From Gemmatimonadales bacterium (GTDB lineage: Bacteria > Gemmatimonadota > Gemmatimonadetes > Gemmatimonadales > GWC2-71-9), in NCBI GenBank assembly GCA_965249575.1, contig OZ252244.1, positions 2,240,001 to 2,304,000 on the forward strand: 64,000 nucleotides of DNA, written 5' to 3'. The position numbers and the translations under genes were made by a program. Positions 59,416-64,000 of the stretch are shown here, piece after piece. Numbering within the stretch: the stretch's first letter is position 1; every line of letters starts with the position of its first letter. The notes below the pieces were generated by a model, which was not told where the DNA came from, searched no databases, and saw only the letters and a list, made by a program, of their open reading frames with translations.

Positions 59416-60657
59416 CTAGTCGTACAGGCCGGCTGCGTCGTACGACCGGTCCAGCAGCTCGACGGGGTGTACGACCGGAATCGACGAACCGGCGGCGCGC
59501 AGGCCCGCTCCGATCTGCATCACGCACCCCGGATTGCCGGTGGCCACCGCGTCCGGTGCTGCGCTCAAGAGCGAGCCGACTTTCCGCTGAAGGACGGAGT
59601 CCGACATAGTTCGCTGCTGAAGAGCGTACATCCCCGCGCCGCCACAGCACAGTGCAGCCTCCCGGTGTTCTACTCGTTCCAGACCGGGGACGGCTTTGAG
59701 CACGGACAGCGGTGCCTCATCGATCCGCTGGGCGTGCAGGAGATGGCAAGGCGGGTCGTAGGCGACCCGCCGTTCGAGTTTCGCACCCGACGCGGGTCCG
59801 CGCGCCACGAGCGCCTCACTGACATCGCGGACCCGGGCCCCAACGCGTCGCGCCGACCGTTCGTCTGGGTCGCCTGCGAGCAGGCGTCCGTATTCTCGGA
59901 GTTGAGCCCCACAACCTGCGCTATTGACGACGATCACGTCGGCGTTAACGCGCTCAAATGCTCTGACGTTCTGCCGCGCAAGGCTTACCGCCGCCTCGTG
60001 CGCTCCGGCGTGCGCGTGCAGCGCTCCACAACAGCCCTGACCGACGGCGTCTGCGATCCGGTAGCCGTTTATCGCGAGCGTTCGGGCGGTCGCGTCATGC
60101 ACGTGCTGAAAGAGGCCCGACATGACACACCCGGAAAAGATGACGGCCAACGGACCGGATTGCGGCGCGGGAATCGATCCGTGCCGTTGCGGTGCGTGAT
60201 TTGGGGAAGATGGGTGTGTCGCGGCCAGCATTCTCAGGGGGAATCCGATTCTCGAGCGGCCTGCGACCGCGCCCGCCACGGGACGCAGCAACCGGAGTAA
60301 GCCGAGCAACGGCCTTCGCACAACCGGTTCGCCCATCGCGAGTAACCCCAGTCGTGCGAGTAGGGACGGCGCGCGCGACTGGCTGAGGATATGGCGCGCG
60401 TGCTCGAGCGCCGGACCGTATGCGACGCCGGAGGGGCACACGGGCTCACAGGCTCGGCAATCGAGGCAGCGATCCAGATGCATTGTGAGATGCTCGTCAC
60501 TTGGATCGAGGTACCCGCGGGCGAGCCCCTGCATGAGCACGATACGCCCTCGGGGGCTGTCCGCCTCGTCTCCCGTTACCAGGAACGTCGGGCAACTCTG
60601 GAGACAGAACCCGCAGTGGACGCACGGATCGAGCCCGGCAAACGCGTTATTGGTCAC
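59416..60657 (-). CDS. glcF: Glycolate oxidase iron-sulfur subunit
   Basis: CVHCGFCLQSCPT, SPRGRI, CLDCRACEPVCPSGV, two CCG domains, NPGC. Confidence 0.92.
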   Translation of the reverse strand: MTNNAFAGLDPCVHCGFCLQSCPTFLVTGDEADSPRGRIVLMQGLARGYLDPSDEHLTMHLDRCLDCRACEPVCPSGVAYGPALEHARHILSQSRAPSLLARLGLLAMGEPVVRRPLLGLLRLLRPVAGAVAGRSRIGFPLRMLAATHPSSPNHAPQRHGSIPAPQSGPLAVIFSGCVMSGLFQHVHDATARTLAINGYRIADAVGQGCCGALHAHAGAHEAAVSLARQNVRAFERVNADVIVVNSAGCGAQLREYGRLLAGDPDERSARRVGARVRDVSEALVARGPASGAKLERRVAYDPPCHLLHAQRIDEAPLSVLKAVPGLERVEHREAALCCGGAGMYALQQRTMSDSVLQRKVGSLLSAAPDAVATGNPGCVMQIGAGLRAAGSSIPVVHPVELLDRSYDAAGLYD

Positions 60658-61858
60658 TGGTCGGTGGATCTCGCGGGGAAAACACGCCTCGCGGATCGAA
60701 CACCGATCGCAGCGCGCCGACCAGCCTGCCGGCGTTCTCGCGATAGGCGCCGAAATGCCCGATCGATGCCAGCACGGTGTGCGGGGCCCGCTCGACCGAC
60801 ACTGGGAACTCGCGTTGAGCGGCGACGCGGCGTAACAAGCGAAGTCGGTCGATCTCCGCCGACCCACTCCAGCGAATCGTGCCGGCGGCGACGCTCACGC
60901 TGATCCAGCCCTCGTCCAGGTGGTGGGCGAGCAAGTCGAGTCCGACGTCCACCGACGTGGGGAGCACGCCAAGGCGGAGCGTCACGGGTGCCCGTGTGGC
61001 CCCCGCCGAAACGTCACTCCAGAAATCGCCGGAATCAGGTGCCGAGAGCTCCGCAAATCCGACGCCGGTCAGGGAGGGGATCCTTTGCCGGCTAGCCTCG
61101 ACTGCGGCGCCGGACCCGACCAGGCGCAGCGCGAGGACCCACTCCCGCCCGCCCGCCGCGCCCGGCGAGAGGAGCTCCAAGGCCGCTGGCGACTCTCCAG
61201 CGTCCAGCACTCGGAGCGCTGCGCGCGCCAATGCGTCGCGTGCCCCCTGAGTGAGGAGCGTGGAGTCTGCGCGAGGAATCGTACCCAATCGCATCGAAAG
61301 CGATGTGATGATGCCGAAGACTCCAAAGCTCCCCGCGGCGAGCTTCGCGAGATCGAACCCCGCGACGTTCTTGACGACCTTGCCACCGGCACGGACGATC
61401 TGGCCCTCTCCCGTAACGAAGGAAAGTCCGACAATGTGGTCGCGCAGCGCACCGAACCCGGACCGGAGCGGCCCGGCCGTACCGGTGGCCACGACCGACC
61501 CCAACGTCCGACCCCTCCCGGGCGGATCGGCCGAAAGCCACGTGCCTCGATCCGCCAGCCCAGATCGAAGGTCCTCCCAGCGGATTCCCGCTTGCGCGGT
61601 CGCGACCTGGTCAGATGGGTCAACCTGGAGCAAGCGGTTCAGCTGCTTCGTCGTGATCGCGAGATCGGCAGGTGCGTCCGGCGAAGCCCACGTGCCGGAC
61701 CCTTCGATGCGGATCTGCCATCCGGCAGCCGCAGCGGTCCGCACGACCAGTGCGCAGGCGTCCTCGGTGTCCGGGGCGACTCGGGGCATGCCATCGACGT
61801 CGGTGTCGACGGCGGCATCGGGGCCAAGCAGCGAGCGGACTCGCCGTACAATGCTCAG
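60647..61858 (-). CDS. glcE: Glycolate oxidase FAD-binding subunit
   Basis: TLGSVVATG, GGKVVKNVAGFDLAKL..GSFG, FDPRGVF; start inferred at CTG 61858. Confidence 0.88.
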   Translation of the reverse strand: MSIVRRVRSLLGPDAAVDTDVDGMPRVAPDTEDACALVVRTAAAAGWQIRIEGSGTWASPDAPADLAITTKQLNRLLQVDPSDQVATAQAGIRWEDLRSGLADRGTWLSADPPGRGRTLGSVVATGTAGPLRSGFGALRDHIVGLSFVTGEGQIVRAGGKVVKNVAGFDLAKLAAGSFGVFGIITSLSMRLGTIPRADSTLLTQGARDALARAALRVLDAGESPAALELLSPGAAGGREWVLALRLVGSGAAVEASRQRIPSLTGVGFAELSAPDSGDFWSDVSAGATRAPVTLRLGVLPTSVDVGLDLLAHHLDEGWISVSVAAGTIRWSGSAEIDRLRLLRRVAAQREFPVSVERAPHTVLASIGHFGAYRENAGRLVGALRSVFDPRGVFSPRDPPTSDQ

Positions 61859-62238
61859 TCCTGGTCCAGGCACCGTTGGAACCGTTCTCGCGTGTCGTCC
61901 AGGAACGACCGGGCTTCCTCGACGTAGGGGCGTGCGGACTCCACCGGCCACGGGCTCGTGAGAACGTCCTTGATGTCGAGCGCCGAAAGAGCGGCGTAGA
62001 GATTTGGGAACGCGTCGCGCACTTGGCGCTGCATCTCGCTGGGTGGAAGCGACTGCTCCCAGGGGGGGCGTTCGAGCCAAATCCGAACCGTCGCCGCTGC
62101 GACGACCGCCGGATACGACTCCTGCAACGCCCTACCTCCGTCGTCGTGCGACAGCCTCGCCTCGGCCTCATCGAGCCTTCGGCCGGCATCGGCCAGCTGC
62201 TCCTCGAAGGTGGTACGCCACCGTGTCGGGATGTGCAT
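61855..62238 (-). CDS. Hypothetical helical protein, HEPN-like pattern
   Basis: TAATG overlap with the glcD stop; LADAGRRLDEAEARL..ALQESYPAVVAA..ARPYVEEARSFL. Confidence 0.65.
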   Translation of the reverse strand: MHIPTRWRTTFEEQLADAGRRLDEAEARLSHDDGGRALQESYPAVVAAATVRIWLERPPWEQSLPPSEMQRQVRDAFPNLYAALSALDIKDVLTSPWPVESARPYVEEARSFLDDTRERFQRCLDQD

Positions 62239-63695
62239 TACGCCACAGCCTCCGGATCTCGGCTGCCGACTGACACGTGAGCAGCGCTCCATTCACGGCA
62301 TGCGTGGACTGGGACCACCTTCCCGCGATTCGCCCTTTCCGACGGATCGAAGGCCGTGCGGACAGCTCGCATGGCCGAGAGCGTCTCTGAATCGAAGAGC
62401 AGGGGCATGTACCGGAGCTTGTCGGTGCCGACGCCGTGTTCCCCCGTTATCGTCCCCCCCGCGTCGATGCACGCTCGCATGATGGCGGCGGCGGCCTGGT
62501 CCACGCGGCCGCGTTCGTCCGGGTCGTCGGGGTCAAAACTGATGTTCGGGTGCAGGTTACCGTCGCCGGCGTGAAACACGTTGCTGACCTTGAGTCGGTA
62601 CTGCCGGGCGATGGCGTCGACCTGCTCGAGAATGCCCGCCAGCGCGGTGCGCGGCACGACGGCGTCTTGTACGAGGAGGGTTGGGCTGATCCGGCCTAGG
62701 GCTCCGAAGGCTTTCTTGCGGCCGAGCCAAAGTCGGGCTCGTTCACCCGCGTCCCGAGCTAGCCGAACCGACCGCGCGTCGTGCTTGCGCAGTAAGGCCG
62801 ATACTTCATCCGCTTCGGCAGCCACGCTGCCTTCATCGGGTCCGTCCAGTTCCGCCAGCAGAACCGCCGCGGCGTCGACGGGGTAACCGGCGGCGTAGAT
62901 CGACGCTTCGACAACGGCAACGCAGTTGCGGTCCATCATTTCGAGCGCCGCTGGCAGAATGCCAGACGCGATCACGGCCGTGACGGCCTGACCTGCGGAT
63001 CGAACGCTCGAGAAATCCGCCAGGAGCGTTCTGACGGCTCGTGGGGTCGGCACCAGCCGCACGGCTATGCGCGTAGCGATACCGAACATGCCCTCGCTCC
63101 CGACGAACAGGCCGACCAAGTCTGGACCCCAGCATTCTCCCCCCGGCGAGCCTAGCAACGTTACCTGTCCGTCGGGCAGGACGACCTCCAGCTCGAGAAC
63201 GTGATTCGTCGTGACGCCGTATTTGAGGCAGTGCGGCCCACCGGCGTTTTCCGCGACGTTCCCCCCGATAGTGCATGCGGTCTGACTTGAGGGATCTGGC
63301 GCGTAGTGCAGCCCGTGGGGCGCGGCCGCCTCCGTGAGCCGAGCGTTGACCACGCCTGGTTCCACGACGGCTCTTCGGTTGCGGGGGTCTACCTCGAGGA
63401 TGCGGTTCAGCCGGGTGAGCGCGAGCACGACCTCGGATTGCGTGGCAACAGCGCCCCCGGACAGACCAGTTCCGGCCCCGCGCGGCACGAACGGAATCCC
63501 CCAGTGAGCCAGCACGCGGACGACTCGGATCACCTCGTCCCGGGTCCCAGGGAGGACAACCGCCGCCGGTAGCGAATGCCGAGTGGGCAGTGCGTCGGAC
63601 GCGTAGGTCTCGAGTGCTGGTCGGGATTGCCGAATCCAGCGCGCACCCACGATGGCCTCGACCGCGCCAAGGGCTGCCTCCACCGCGTCCGTCAT
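62238..63695 (-). CDS. glcD: Glycolate oxidase subunit GlcD (FAD-linked oxidase)
   Basis: PRGAGTGLSGG, PDPSSQ, ENAGGPHCLKYG, GSEG, HAGDGNLHP, GEHGVG. Confidence 0.93.
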   Translation of the reverse strand: MTDAVEAALGAVEAIVGARWIRQSRPALETYASDALPTRHSLPAAVVLPGTRDEVIRVVRVLAHWGIPFVPRGAGTGLSGGAVATQSEVVLALTRLNRILEVDPRNRRAVVEPGVVNARLTEAAAPHGLHYAPDPSSQTACTIGGNVAENAGGPHCLKYGVTTNHVLELEVVLPDGQVTLLGSPGGECWGPDLVGLFVGSEGMFGIATRIAVRLVPTPRAVRTLLADFSSVRSAGQAVTAVIASGILPAALEMMDRNCVAVVEASIYAAGYPVDAAAVLLAELDGPDEGSVAAEADEVSALLRKHDARSVRLARDAGERARLWLGRKKAFGALGRISPTLLVQDAVVPRTALAGILEQVDAIARQYRLKVSNVFHAGDGNLHPNISFDPDDPDERGRVDQAAAAIMRACIDAGGTITGEHGVGTDKLRYMPLLFDSETLSAMRAVRTAFDPSERANRGKVVPVHACREWSAAHVSVGSRDPEAVA

Positions 63696-64000
63696 CTTGC
63701 CGGGCTCGAATGGTAGCGCCCGCCGCTCCCGTTCTTCTTCGCTCGCATTCTGACCGCCGCCCGCTCGCGCAGCTCTGTGTTGAGCGGTTGGAGGATGCGT
63801 TCAAGGGTGTGAAGCCGGTCTCGGGTCGACGTCATGGAGAGCAGGTGCTGTTTGACGCTTGGATCTGCCTCTACTGATGCGGCGACGTGAAACGAAAGGG
63901 CCTTTGCTTCGCTCGGCACGTCATCGTCCGGTAGCTCCGCGTCGTCGAGAACCCGTACGGCGGCGACGAACTGTGCGAAGCTCAGCCGAAGCCGGTCGGG
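63692..64000 (-). CDS. C-terminal part of a LON substrate-binding-domain protein (partial)
   Basis: ALSFHVAASV..KQHLL..RDRL; frame open to the window end; ATGA overlap with glcD. Confidence 0.65.
   Translation of the reverse strand, partial: PDRLRLSFAQFVAAVRVLDDAELPDDDVPSEAKALSFHVAASVEADPSVKQHLLSMTSTRDRLHTLERILQPLNTELRERAAVRMRAKKNGSGGRYHSSPAR

Overview
GC-rich bacterial DNA whose gene content and order suggest Gemmatimonadota (inference). It is mostly densely packed housekeeping and envelope genes on the minus strand. Main contents: an HcrC/HcrA-like xanthine-oxidase-family molybdoenzyme, thrB, a DUF5916-type outer-membrane protein, an ECF sigma/anti-sigma-TolC-MacAB-type efflux operon, cls-HD-asnB-ArnT, nth-polX, an M42 peptidase, an acyl-CoA dehydrogenase, a sigma54-type minor-pilin operon with a tandem pilX-like duplication, a methionine cluster (metH, Hcy-methyltransferase/MTHFR) under a SAM-II riboswitch, a Kgd-type sucA, a VWA/AAA pair, ygfZ and glcDEF. 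I saw no tRNA, rRNA, CRISPR array or transposase. The most striking feature is at about 725-1061. There the HcrA-like gene is broken into seven ~46-50-nt tiles: three are inverted, two blocks have swapped order, no coding sequence is lost, and about 1 nt is duplicated per junction. This looks like periodic cutting and re-ligation, either in vivo or as a library/assembly artefact. Second, a ~750-nt in-frame segment (about 8040-8790) has extreme G-biased codon usage. Several scattered indels suggest the consensus may be low-coverage, so the frameshift calls need read-level checks.
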